NCBI GenBank assembly: GCA_950097015.1
Contig: CATNEN010000038.1
Span: 30,318,001 to 30,382,000 of the forward strand
Reading direction: 5' to 3'
Origin: Macrostomum hystrix
Taxonomy: Eukaryota; Animalia; Platyhelminthes
Length of the DNA: 64,000 nt
Part shown: positions 25,801 to 36,911 of the stretch, piece by piece
How positions within the stretch are numbered: the first letter of the stretch is position 1
Layout of the letters: each line of letters begins with the position of its first letter
Translations under genes and position numbers: made by a program
The notes under the pieces: model-generated
What the model was told of the DNA's origin: nothing
Database searches by the model: none
The model's input: the letters and a program-made list of their open reading frames with translations, nothing else

Positions 25801-28800
25801 AACAAAGTATCTAGTAGATCTATCTACCATAGCAAACGAAGTATCTAGTCGATCTATCTACCATAGCAAACAAAGCATAGTCGATCTATCTACCATAGCA
25901 AACAAAGCATCTAGTCGATCTATCTACCATAGCAAACAAAGCATCTAGTCGATCTATCTACCATAGCAAACAAAGTATCTAGTAGATCTATCTACCATAG
26001 CAAACGAAGTATCTAGTCGATCTATCTACCATAGCAAACAAAGCATCTAGTAGATCGATCTACCATAGCAAACAAAGCAACTAGTCGATCTATCTACCAT
26101 AGCAAACAAAGCATCTAGTCGATCTATCTACCATAGCAAACAAAGCATCTAGTCGATCTATCTACCATAGCAAACAAAGCATCTAGTGGATCTATCTACC
26201 ATAGCAAACAAAGCATCTAGTCGATCTATCTACCATAATAAACTACTCCTCTAGTGGTTCGGCAACATTGTCACAATGAAATGGTGGGACGATCTCTGGC
26301 TAAATGAGGCATTTGCAACGTTCACACAGTTCATTGGTGTTGATGCCTACAATCCTACTTGGAATATGGTAAGTAAAAGTAAATATTGCTGATTTTTGTG
26401 TTTTTTTAAACCGAAACCGATTGATTGAATACTTAACGATCTGACACTTCGTCACAGATGGACCGTTGCTACGTGGAATTTGTAATGAACGCTCTGCAGA
26501 CAGACTCAATGCTGCATTCTCATCCCATCATTATGGCTGGCGTCTCTGATCCTAACGAAATTGAGTCATTGTTCGACGATATCAGCTACTTTAAGGTTAG
26601 CAGGGCAAACTGTCCCCTGATTCTTACATGGTAGGTGGGGTCATTGTCCCCCGATTCTTGCATGATTGGTGGCGTCATTGTCCCCTGGTTATTACATGGT
26701 AGGTGGGGTCATTGTCCCCTGATTCTTGCATGATTGGTGGGGTCATTGTCCCCTGATTCTTGCATGATTGGTGGGGTCATTGTCCCCTGATTCTTGCATG
26801 GTATGTGGGGTCATTGTCCCCTGGTTATTGTATGGTAGGTGGGTCATTGTCCCCTGATTCTTACATGGTAGGTGGGGTCATTGTCCCCTGATTCTTACAT
26901 GTTAGGTGAGGTCATTGTCCCCTGATTCTTATATGTTAGGTGAGGTCATTGTCCCTATTACTGTCATAATAGGTGGGGTCATTGTCCACTGTTCCGTCTG
27001 AGAGGCAGGTGGGGTCATTGTCGCCTAAATCACACTCGCCTACCATTCGCAGGGCTCCTCCCTCATCCGCATGCTTGAGGGCGTCATCGGACGGCAGGTG
27101 CTGAAAGAGGGTCTCATCATCTACTTAAATCGCTTCGCGTGGCGAAACGCCGCTAGTCAGGACCTGTTTGAGGCATTCAGCGAGGTTGGTCATATTTTAT
27201 TCCATTCTATTCTATTCTATTCTATTATATTCTATTCTGTTCTATTCTATTCTATTCTATTCTATTCTATTCTATTTTACTCTATTCTATTATATTCTAT
27301 TCTATTCTATTCTACTCTATTCTATTCTATTGTATTCTATTGCAGGCATACCGCAAGATCAATCAGAACTCAGGCGATCATGTCAGCAGTCCGGCAGACA
27401 ATCTCACTCGCGTCATGGACACCTGGACCACGCAGGTCAATTATCCCCTGGTTACTGTGAAAATTCTCGGCAATCGGCTTATTTTTCGGCAGGAAAGATT
27501 TTTGCTTTATCCCAACGGCACCAAAATGTGGAAATCCTACAAGACCAAGTGAGAAGTGCTATTGCCCCAGAATATATCTGGCAACAATTTATTGCTGCAT
27601 TTGAATAATAAGTTTAATTCTAACCTGCCCTCCAACATAACACCCCACATTGCCATTTAATCAACCCTCTACCCTTTTATCTACTCTACACTTTTCTCGC
27701 ATATATTCTACACTCTATCCTGCCATCTACTATACACTCTACTCTTTCATCTACTCTACACTTTACCTGCAATTCAGACTCGACTAATTATCGAACTAAG
27801 CGTTGCATATTGTTATTTTAATATTCAGTTCCTGAGTTAAATGATCTTTTATTTCCTAAACTATAAATCAGGTACGATTACAAATGGATAATTCCCATCA
27901 TGTACATAACGGACAAAACACCGCTGCCAAGATGGACCTGGCTAGACTTGGAGGAAACAAAAACAGTTGAATTGGATCATCATCCGACATTTGTTAAAAT
28001 CAATCTCAACCAGACCGGTTTGTATCGATGCAATTATGAGTTTCCTAACTGGCAACAACTGGTCAAGCTTAGCAGACAGGTAATCTTATTCAAATCGTTG
28101 TGTACAGCTCTGTTCAGTCCATGGACTGAGGGGGGCTGTCCCAATTTCGCGTTTGTCTTTCGCGCCAGGTCTTATTATCCGGGACACAGCCATGGAGAGA
28201 AGGCTTGGGGGCTTGTCGTGCAATTTACGCCCTAGAATGCCAACCTCCAAGACACAGTGAGAGTGTACACTGCCTGACGATGAGAAAGTCAGGGCTGATG
28301 TACACACCTGTGTGAGCGTATGCCTGCGTACGGTATCTGTGTGCGTCTGTGCTCAGGAGTCAGCGAAATGGGCAGAATTGCCTCCTCGCTGGCTGCGGGT
28401 CTAGTGTCACCAAATGATGTGCCATTGCCCGCAGCCCTCCTGCAATTATTATATATACTTTTTTTGCGATTGAATTCGTCCAAACTGCAAAACCTTTCGT
28501 CCACTAACGCTTTCTTAATGGGAGCTAAATTTAGATTATACCATAGACAACTGTGTTCACGCAAAACCGTTCATCCAGTTTGTAAAACATTTCGTCTAAA
28601 CCCTTCGTCCAAACAGCTAACAGCTAAACGGAGCGACTTTATTTGATATCACGAGATATTGAACAAAGCAAAAACAGTGTCTCTTGTTAGAATGTTAGTT
28701 CAAAATGTCTTCGTAGTCCAAACAGCGGCCGTAGTAACCCACAGTGTGATTGGTCCATTGCTGGCACTTCTCCTGTGTAATCACGTGCAGTGCAGCTTCG

Positions 28801-31800
28801 ACCTCTCTCTTCAAAATGTGCATCCGCCAGGCATGCAGAGTCAGGTTCGCAGCAGCAGCAGCTTGCCGATTAGAGACCTCGTGCTTAGTAGCGGGAACTG
28901 ACAGTGCCCTCTTCACTGATGCCTTCAGGGAAGACCTCAGGGAAGACCCTGCGCGCTCAGTTGGGTTGAGATACGGAGAGTACGGTGGCAATTGATAGGT
29001 GCTGTGTTGCGGTGAAAGTCCAGGGACTTGAAGGTGAGCGCTGGCCCCATCAAAGATCGCCACCCACTCAGCCTCCACCAGGACATCCAGCTCTACTAAG
29101 AAGTCTGCAAATTTTGAGCTCGAAAACCTCCTTCCACCAGCGCATAGTGAACAAGTCCCCATTGCGGAGATATGGCCAAACAGAGAGTCAGGTTTTGTCC
29201 GCGCTGGCCACATACTGTTCTCACCGCAGGCTGGCCTTGATATGCCCGTCCTTGAGTTCTCGCCGTCCACAGGTTCAGCCCGAACTCATCGAGAAAAGTC
29301 TGGTTCCTGTCGTGTCCTTCGTTCATCATCCACTGTGCGTACTCACATCTCGCCGCCTTCACAACTGGGTCGTTCCAATCAAACGTAATCTGCCTAGCCA
29401 GCTTCAAAGTCACCAGCTGTTTGTCAAGTGCTCGACTTATGGTTGAGACATGAGGAAGTTGACCTTCATTGCCAAGTTGCATCAGATGGTTCCGCAGCAG
29501 ACGGTTGATGTTGGAGTTGACCACAGAGGCGGGGATCGAGGCCTCCGGGCCCGGGCCCATCAGGGAGCTGGCTGCGCCAGCCTTTGCAAGCTGGTCCGCC
29601 ATCTCATTCCCTGTGAACCCGGCATGCCCAGGGATCCACAACAGCTCAACAGCGCCTCGAGGAACTCGATGATTTACTCAATCTGCTGCTCTTGCAGTTG
29701 CTTCGGACGGCCACCTGCTGATGGAAGCTTCTCAATGCGCCCGGTTCTCTTGATCCCAAGGATATCGGCAAGTTGTTTCCAATCGCGGCCTTCTTCAACA
29801 GCCAAGGCTAATCGCCTGCGGTCTTCGTTTGACACCGGATGGTAGGGGCCTCGGTTCATCTACGTCGCTGTAGCTGTAGTGGTAGCAAAAGCGAACTGTC
29901 AATTGGGTGTTAACTATGGTAGGAACAGTACACTCGGTCTCTAGTCTAGGGGACGAAATGTTTTACAAACTGGATGAACCGTTTTGCGTGAACACAGTTG
30001 TCTATGGTATGATCTAAATTTAGCTCCCATTAAGAAAGCATTTGTGGACGAAAGGTTTTGCAGTTGGGACGAATTCAATCGGAAAAATGTATATTATTTG
30101 TTACATTCTTGAAACTGGCAGACTGAATTTGATTTCTTTGGGGAAATCGCGGGACGAACAACAGACAGGCTGATTATGTTTCGCATCTTTTAATTAATCA
30201 ATCTGAAAAAAAACAAGCGAAAACATTCTGAATGACTCAAATCTTGTCTACGCTCGTAGAGGAAAAAAAATTCGCGAAATTTTCATTAGGGCCCTTGGTG
30301 GGTTTGCTCGGAAAAAAATTCTGATGCTAATTTTCCACGAAAAACATCTGGTCAAGATTTGACAGGGGATTATTAATGAGGGGATTAAGGCTGGCTCCCT
30401 GGAGGGTTAAGAATAAAATTTTCCCCAGGCCAAACTCCGTCTGAAGCATTTACCCATTCCCGTTAAAATGCAATCCCATTCTAACAATTATCACCGACTC
30501 CGCTTGCGTGCCTTCAAAACTGCCAATTATTTTCTTAGCGCAATCATTTTAATTAATTCGAAATCTATTTCTCTCGGGTTTGAATCTTTCTCTTTTAATT
30601 GTCGAATGATTTCAATGGTAAGCCTTCATTTCCCAGCTTCATTTACTTTTTTCGAACAGCCAAGAATGATTTCCAACTTCATAGGGCTGCGAACCTGGTT
30701 GACTAATTAACCAACACTCTAGCTTCTTCTCATTCAAGCCTTATTGCACAAATTCTATCCGTCTTTCTACAATTCTACCCTCCACTCTCTCCCGATTCTA
30801 CCCTCCACTCTCTCCCGATTCTACCCTCCACTCTCTCCCGATTCTACCCTCCACTCTCTCCCGATTCTACCCTCCACTCTCTCCCGATTCTACCCTCCAC
30901 TCTCTCCCGATTCTACCCCTCTCTCTCCCATTCTACCCCTCTCTCACCCATTCTACCCCTCTCTCTCCCATTCTACCCCTCTCTCACCCATTCTACCCCT
31001 CTCTCTCCCATTCTACCCCTCTCTCTCCCATTCTACCCCTCTCTCACCCATTCTACCCCTCTCTCTCCCATTCTACCCCTCTCCCTCTCCCATTCTACCC
31101 TATCTCTCCCATTCTACCCTCCACTCTCTCCCGATTCTACCCTCCACTCTCTCCCGATTCTACCCTCCACTCTCTCCCGATTCTACCCCTCTCTCTCCCA
31201 TTCTACCCCTCTCTCACCCATTCTACCCCTCTCTCTCCCATTCTACCCCTCTCTCACCCATTCTACCCCTCTCTCTCCCATTCTACCCCTCTCTCACCCA
31301 TTCTACCCCTCTCTCACCCATTCTACCCCTCTCCCTCTCCCATTCTACCCTCTCTCTCCCATTCTACCTCTCTCTCACCCATTCTACCCTCTCTCTTCCC
31401 TATTCTACCCCTTTCTCTCTCATTTGACCCCTCTTTCGCATATTACCCCATTCTCTCCATGATTCTACCTCGTTCTCCTATCTTACTTATATTTTTTCCT
31501 CCAATTTTTTTAAACAAATATATACTTTCGAATTAAACCGGAAAAAGACAGTTATGAAATTAATATTTCTGTTGAATATATCTTCTTTTCAGGGCTACTT
31601 TGGTAGTACAGACATGGCCGGTCTTCTCAATGACGCCTTTACACTAGCCTAGTAAGTTCACTATTTTAGCTACAGTTACTACTGAATGGCTCAGCATCAG
31701 TAGTAACTGGCGATCGCAAGAATACAGATTAGTTGCTATGGGAGACCATCAGACTGGGGATCATATAGAGACCGATTGGTTGCCATGGGAAACCATCAGA

Positions 31801-34800
31801 CTGGGGATCATATAGAGACAGATTGGTTGCTATGGGAGACCATCAGACTGGGGATCATATAGAGACAGATTGGTTGCTATGGGAGACCATCAGACTGGGG
31901 ATCATATAGAGACAGATTGGTTGCTATGGGAGACCATCAGACTGGGGATCATATAGAGACAGATTGGTTGCTATGGGAGACCATCAGACTGGGGATCATA
32001 TAGAGACAGATTGGTTGCTATGGGAGACCATCAGACTGGGGATCATATAGAGACAGATTGGTTGCTATGGGAGACCATCAGACTGGGGATCATATAGAGA
32101 CAGATTGGTTGCTATGGGAGACCATCAGACTGGGGATCATATAGAGACCGATTGGTTGCTATGGGAGACCATCAGACTGGGGATCATATAGAGACAGATT
32201 GGTTGCTATGGGAGACCATCAGACTGGGGATCATATAGAGACAGATTGGTTGCTATGGGAGACCATCAGACTGGGGATCATATAGAGACCGATTGGTTGC
32301 CATGGGAGACCATCAGACTGGGGATCATATAGAGACCGATTGGTAGCCATGGGAGACCATCAGACTGGGGATCATATAGAGACAGATTGGTTGCTATGGG
32401 AGACCATCAGACTGGGGATCATATAGAGACCGATTGGTTGCTATGGGAGACCATCAGACTGGGGATCATATAGAGACAGATTGGTTGCTATGGGAGACCA
32501 TCAGACTGGGGATCATATAGAGACAGATTGGTTGCTATGGGAGACCATCAGACTGGGGATCATATAGAGACAGATTGGTTGCTATGGGAGACCATCAGAT
32601 TGGGGATCATATAGAGACAGATTGGTTGCCATGGGAGACCATCAGACTGGGGATCATTTAGAGACCGATTGGTTGCCATGGGAGACCATCAGACTGGGGA
32701 TCATATAAGGACAGATTGGTTGCCATGGGAGACCATCAGACTGGGAATCATATAGAGCCAGTTTAGTTGCTATGGTAAACATCATTCAAAGTTTTGAAAA
32801 TAGTCAAGTTTGGTTGCCATTGGCGACGGTAATTTGACCCAATTAGTTCTGATTATAGAAATTACTAGTAACTGACGATTCCTAAAGTAGCTAATAGGTA
32901 AAGAAATTTGTTTTACCAAAGAACTAGCGTTCCTGCTGTTGTTGCTATGGCAATCAGTGACTCAACAGAACCAATTCTCTCGCCGCAGCATTGGTCGATT
33001 GAACATCTCGGTGCCGTTCGACCTGTTTGAGAGCCTGGAAGAGGACAGACTGGATTCTGGCACTCCGTGGACCATATCGATGAGAAAGATCAGCGAGCTC
33101 ACGCCCCTGATGGCCCAGGATCAACAGTCAGCTGATCGTCTGGTGAAGCTCATCGTCAAGGTGTTGAAGAAGCCTTTAAAAGCGATTCTTAGTAAACCTG
33201 AACATCAGTTGACACACACGGAGAAGTATGCTTTGTTTCATTTTTGTTTACTTTAAATAATTGGATTTGCATTGAACTAAATCTTTCGCCTGATGCTGTT
33301 GTCCGAAGGATAAAACGCCAGACACTGAACCAGATTGCCGTGATGGTGGATGAACCGGTTGTGGCGAAAATGTATCGCGACAAATACCAGCAATGGCGAG
33401 CTAATCAGAGCATTGTGTAAGTGCTGCGATAGAATCTATTGTTAATCTAGCACAGTGATCAATTGATGATCTAGCACAGTGATCAATTGATGATCTAGTG
33501 CAGTGATCTATTGATGATCTAGCACAGTGATCTATTGATGATCTAGCACAGTGATCTATTGATGATCTAGCACAGTGATCTATTGATGATCTAGTGCAGT
33601 GATCTATTGATGATCTAGTGCAGTGATCTATTGATGATCTAGTGCAGTGATCTATTGATGATCTAGCACAGTGATCTATTGATGATCTAGCACAGTGATC
33701 TATTGATGATCTAGTGCAGTGATCTATTGATGATCTAGTGCAGTGATCTATTGATGATCTAGCACAGTGATCAATTGATGATCTAGCACAGTGATCTATA
33801 GATGATCTAGTGCAGTGATCTATTGATGATCTAGTGCAGTGATCTATTGATGATCTAGTGCAGTGATCTATTGATGATCTAGCACAGTGATCTATTGATG
33901 ATCTAGCACAGTGATCTATTGATGATCTAGTGCAGTGATCTATTGATGATCTAGTGCAGTGATCAATTGATGATCTAGTGCAGTGATCTATTGATGATCT
34001 AGCACAGTGATCTATTGATGATCTAGCACAGTGATCTATTGATGATCTAGTGCAGTGATCTATTGATGATCTAGTGCAGTGATCTATTGATGATCTAGCA
34101 CAGTGATCAATTGATGATCTAGTGCAGTGATCAATTGATGATCTAGCACAGTGATCAATTGATGATCTAGCACAGTGATCAATTGATGATCTAGTGCAGT
34201 GATCTATTGATGATCTAGCACAGTGATCTATTGATGATCTAGCACAGTGATCTATTGATGATCTAGCACAGTGATCTATTGATGATCTAGTGCAGTGATC
34301 TATTGATGATCTAGTGCAGTGATCTATTGATGATCTAGCACAGTGATCAATTGATGATCTAGTGCAGTGATCAATTGATGATCTAGCACAGTGATCAATT
34401 GATGATCTAGTGCAGTGATCTATTGATGATCTAGCACAGTGATCTATTGATGATCTAGTGCAGTGATCTATTGATGATCTAGTGCAGTGATCTATTGATG
34501 ATCTAGCACAGTGATCAATTGATGATCTAGTGCAGTGATCAATTGATGATCTAGTGCAGTGATCTATTGATGATCTAGTGCAGTGATCTATTGTTAATCT
34601 AGCACAGTGATCAATTGTTATTGATCAATTGATGCTCTAGTGCAGTGATCTATTGATGATCTAGTGCAGTGATCTATTGATAATCTAGTGCAGTGATCTA
34701 TTGATGATCTAGCACAGTGATCAATTGATGATCTAGCACAGTGATCTATTGATGATCTAGTGCAGTGATCTATTGTTAATCTAGCACAGTGATCAATTGT

Positions 34801-36753
34801 TATTGATCAATTGATGCTCTAGTGCAGTGATCTATTGATGATCTAGTGCAGTGATCTATTGATGATCTAGTGCAGTGATCAATTGATGATCTAGCACAGT
34901 GATCAATTGATGATCTAGCACAGTGATCTATAGATGATCTAGTGCAGTGATCTATTGATGATCTAGTGCAGTGATCTATTGATGATCTAGTGCAGTGATC
35001 TATTGATGATCTAGTGCAGTGATCTATTGATGATCTAGTGCAGTGATCTATTGATGATCTAGCACAGTGATCAATTGATGATCTAGTGCAGTGATCTATT
35101 GATGATCTAGCACAGTGATCAATTGATGATCTAGTGCAGTGATCTATTGATGATCTAGTGCAGTGATCTATTGATGATCTAGTGCAGTGATCTATTGATG
35201 ATCTAGTGCAGTGATCTATTGATGATCTAGTGCAGTGATCTATTGATGATCTAGTGCAGTGATCTATTGATGATCTAGTGCAGTGATCTATTGATGATCT
35301 AGTGCAGTGATCTATTGATGATCTAGTGCAGTGATCTATTGATGATCTAGTGCAGTGATCTATTGATGATCTAGCACAGTGATCTATTGATGATCTAGTG
35401 CAGTGATCAATTGATGATCTAGCACAGTGATCTATTGATGATCTAGTGCAGTGATCTATTGATGATCTAGTGCAGTGATCTATTGATAATGTAAATTCTC
35501 TAACTCCCAATTAATAATTTGCTGAAAATCAGATTATCTCCAGACGAAATCGATTTCGTCTACCAGCTCGGCATCAGCCGCGGCAACACAACTGACTGGC
35601 AGTTTTTCTGGAACAAGTACAACAATGACTTTGTATCCACCTACGAGAAGAAGCACATGATATCAGCGTTGGCAATGTCACCAGATTTGGACATTATTAA
35701 TCGGTTAGTAAAAAAATTCACCCTATTTTTTCACCCTTCTTAAGTTGAATTAAATTCAAAATGGAAACTAATTTAAACAAAAACTATTTTAAATGCAGTT
35801 TAATCCAGATTCTGTTTGATCAGAGCCAGATAAGGCAGACCGATGCAATCACCATTGCTGTGAAGTTCGCGCGACGAAATGGCGTTCTCGACCTAGTGTG
35901 GACGCATTTCACTAGAAACTGGGAGCGCCTGTTAAAGATCTATGGCCACATGCCCTTTCTAATGAGCGACATTACCAAATTCCCAGCTGACTATTATACT
36001 GAGTTTGACTTTAACAGGGTGAGTTGGCGCTAGAAAACTGGTTAAGATTCACCTACCTAACAGGTAAATACTCTCTTCTCTAACAGGTAAATACTCTCTT
36101 CTCTAACAGGTAATTACTCTCTTCTCTAACAGGTAATTACTCTCTTGTCTAACAGGTAATTACTCTCTTGTCTAACAGGTAATTACTCTCTTGTCTAACA
36201 GGTAGTTACTCTCTTGTCTAACAGGTGAAGATTCTCTTACCTGTTAGATTATTTTGTCTAACAGGTAAAGATTCTCTTGTTTAACAGGTAAATACTCTTG
36301 TCTAACATGTGAAGATTCTCTTGTCTAACAGGTAAATACTCTCTTGTCTAACATGTAAATACTCTCTTGTCTAACATGTGAAGATTCTCTTGTCTAACAT
36401 GTGAAGATTCTCTTGTCTAACATGTGTAGATTCTCTTGTCTAACAGGTAAATACTCTCTTGTCTAACATGTGAAGATTCTCTTGTCTAACAGGTAAATAC
36501 TCTCTTGTCTAACATGTGAAGATTCTCTTGTGTAATATGTTTCGATTATTTTATCTAAGATCATCGCGTTTAAGCAGTGACAAATCTTTTTTAATCCGAA
36601 TTTCAGACCAGAGATTTTTTCGCAACTCATGACCTAACGTCAGGCACCAGAAACGCTTTTCAAAGCCTCGAGTCTATCAGAGCCAACATTGCCTGGATTA
36701 CACACAATATGGAGAGCTTCAAGACCTTTATTAAAAATAAGGTCATTAATTAG
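13812..36753 (+). CDS. Type II membrane M1 zinc aminopeptidase (aminopeptidase N/A-like), up to 18 exons, about 1004 aa
   Basis: Phase-consistent exons: [13812-13851 and 14170-14196, tentative], 14452 (or ATG 14433)-15076, 17961-18099, 18203-18373, 21628-21748, 22758-22912, 26255-26368, 26458-26595, 27053-27184, 27346-27548, 27872-28079, 31593-31651, 32989-33225, 33309-33416, 35533-35703, 35799-36018, 36607-36753. Motifs: TM anchor [63 protein letters not shown]-x18-E, ISYFKG, MDTWTTQ, IRANIAW. Confidence 0.95.
13918..14013. repeat. 96-bp fold-back element: 29-bp inverted repeat with a 38-nt loop (tiny MITE or hairpin)
   Basis: CGTTGACCGAAGATTACGGAATCTTTAAC / GTTAAAGGTTCCGTAATCTTCGGTCAACG, with one mismatch that is a G-U wobble on the + strand. 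Confidence 0.9.
15797..15895 (-). mobile_element. SINE family B fragment (tRNA-derived head)
   Basis: The reverse complement contains GGTTCGATTCCTGACTCT..TAGAACA, as in the copy at 44533-44820. Confidence 0.65.
17012..17925. repeat. 21-bp minisatellite (TCTAACAGGTTCATTCCTATR)n in an aminopeptidase intron
   Basis: Tandem periodicity with degenerate edges. Confidence 0.97.
18480..18645 (-). mobile_element. SINE family A, degraded copy
   Basis: The reverse complement shows GGCACAGTGAAAGTGTACACTG..TGAGAAAG and a head like that at 63821. Confidence 0.65.
18657..18712. repeat. Short interstitial telomeric-type repeat (CCCTAA)5 plus degenerate units
   Basis: Five perfect CCCTAA units at 18677-18706. 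Confidence 0.9.
18850..19204. mobile_element. hAT (Charlie-like) MITE containing an internal 16-17-bp minisatellite
   Basis: TIRs CAGGGGTAGGCAAACT / AGTTTGCCGACCCCTG, GCGGGCC subterminal motifs, perfect 8-bp TSD ATTAAGAA. Confidence 0.93.
20030..21512. repeat. 21-bp minisatellite (CCTACCTGTTAGATACAACAC)n
   Basis: Tandem periodicity, about 70 units. Confidence 0.97.
21830..22705. repeat. 32-bp minisatellite (GAATGAATGCCTGTTATACCGGGTGGATGGAA)n
   Basis: Tandem periodicity; fills the intron. Confidence 0.97.
22960..23935. repeat. 34-bp minisatellite (TAACAGTAAGACACTGTTACATGTCTMACATTTC)n with an internal hairpin
   Basis: Tandem periodicity; TAACAGT/ACTGTTA inverted repeat in each unit. Confidence 0.97.
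23936..24390. repeat. 25-bp minisatellite (TTAGATATAGTCAAATGTCTAACAS)n
   Basis: Tandem periodicity; abuts the preceding array. Confidence 0.95.
24705..26254. repeat. 34-bp minisatellite with two unit types; its last unit supplies the 3' splice site of the aminopeptidase exon at 26255
   Basis: Units AACAAACTACTCCTCTAGTAGATCTATCTACCCC and ATAGCAAACAAAGCATCTAGTCGATCTATCTACC. Confidence 0.96.
26610..27025. repeat. 34-bp minisatellite (GGTGGGGTCATTGTCCCCTGATTCTTRCATGRTW)n
   Basis: Tandem periodicity; fills the intron. Confidence 0.93.
27195..27341. repeat. (TATTC)n microsatellite running up to a splice acceptor
   Basis: Pentamer repeat ending at TATTGCAG|. Confidence 0.95.
28185..28416 (+). mobile_element. 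SINE family A body (5'-truncated)
   Basis: GGAGAGAAGGCTTGGGGGCTTGTCGTGCAATTTACGCC is also present in the copy at 63821-64000. The downstream part is shared with 61983-62152. Confidence 0.85.
28458..30089 (-). mobile_element. Tc1/IS630-like DNA transposon with a disrupted DDE transposase (29859-28695) and an inserted RNase H fragment
   Basis: TIRs of about 140 bp (28458-28597 / 29952-30089) and TA flanks. HTH N-terminus plus [12 protein letters not shown] and [12 protein letters not shown] motifs. In-frame TAA at 29676-29674 and a frameshift near 29120. Confidence 0.93.
30772..31420. repeat. Pyrimidine-rich 23/20-bp minisatellite (ATTCTACCCTCCACTCTCTCCCG / ATTCTACCCCTCTCTCWCCC)n
   Basis: Tandem periodicity. 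Confidence 0.95.
31722..32780. repeat. 47-bp minisatellite (GATTGGTTGCTATGGGAGACCATCAGACTGGGGATCATATAGAGACA)n
   Basis: Tandem periodicity, about 22 units. Confidence 0.97.
33434..35490. repeat. 24-bp GATC-rich minisatellite (GATGATCTAGYRCAGTGATCWATT)n
   Basis: Tandem periodicity; fills nearly the whole intron. Confidence 0.97.
36056..36535. repeat. 23-bp minisatellite (TCTAACAGGTAAWTACTCTCTTS)n in the last aminopeptidase intron
   Basis: Tandem periodicity. Confidence 0.95.
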
Positions 36754-36911
36754 TTTAATAAGAACTCTTTGTTATTTTAAAATAAAGACACTAATTAACT
36801 TTAAATTTAGCCCATATCATACGCTCTCGATTTGATTTCATTGACAAGGTAAAATTACCTGTTATATATTTTTCTTTGTTTGCTAGTCACGGTGACAAAG
36901 TACTATAGAAT

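Noticed and set aside
22960-26254. CRISPR-like appearance of palindromic 34-bp repeats
   Set aside because: No unique spacers and no cas genes; the context is a eukaryotic intron.
17099-35510. Repetitive ORFs ([21 protein letters not shown] and similar)
   Set aside because: Stop-free frames of intronic tandem repeats.
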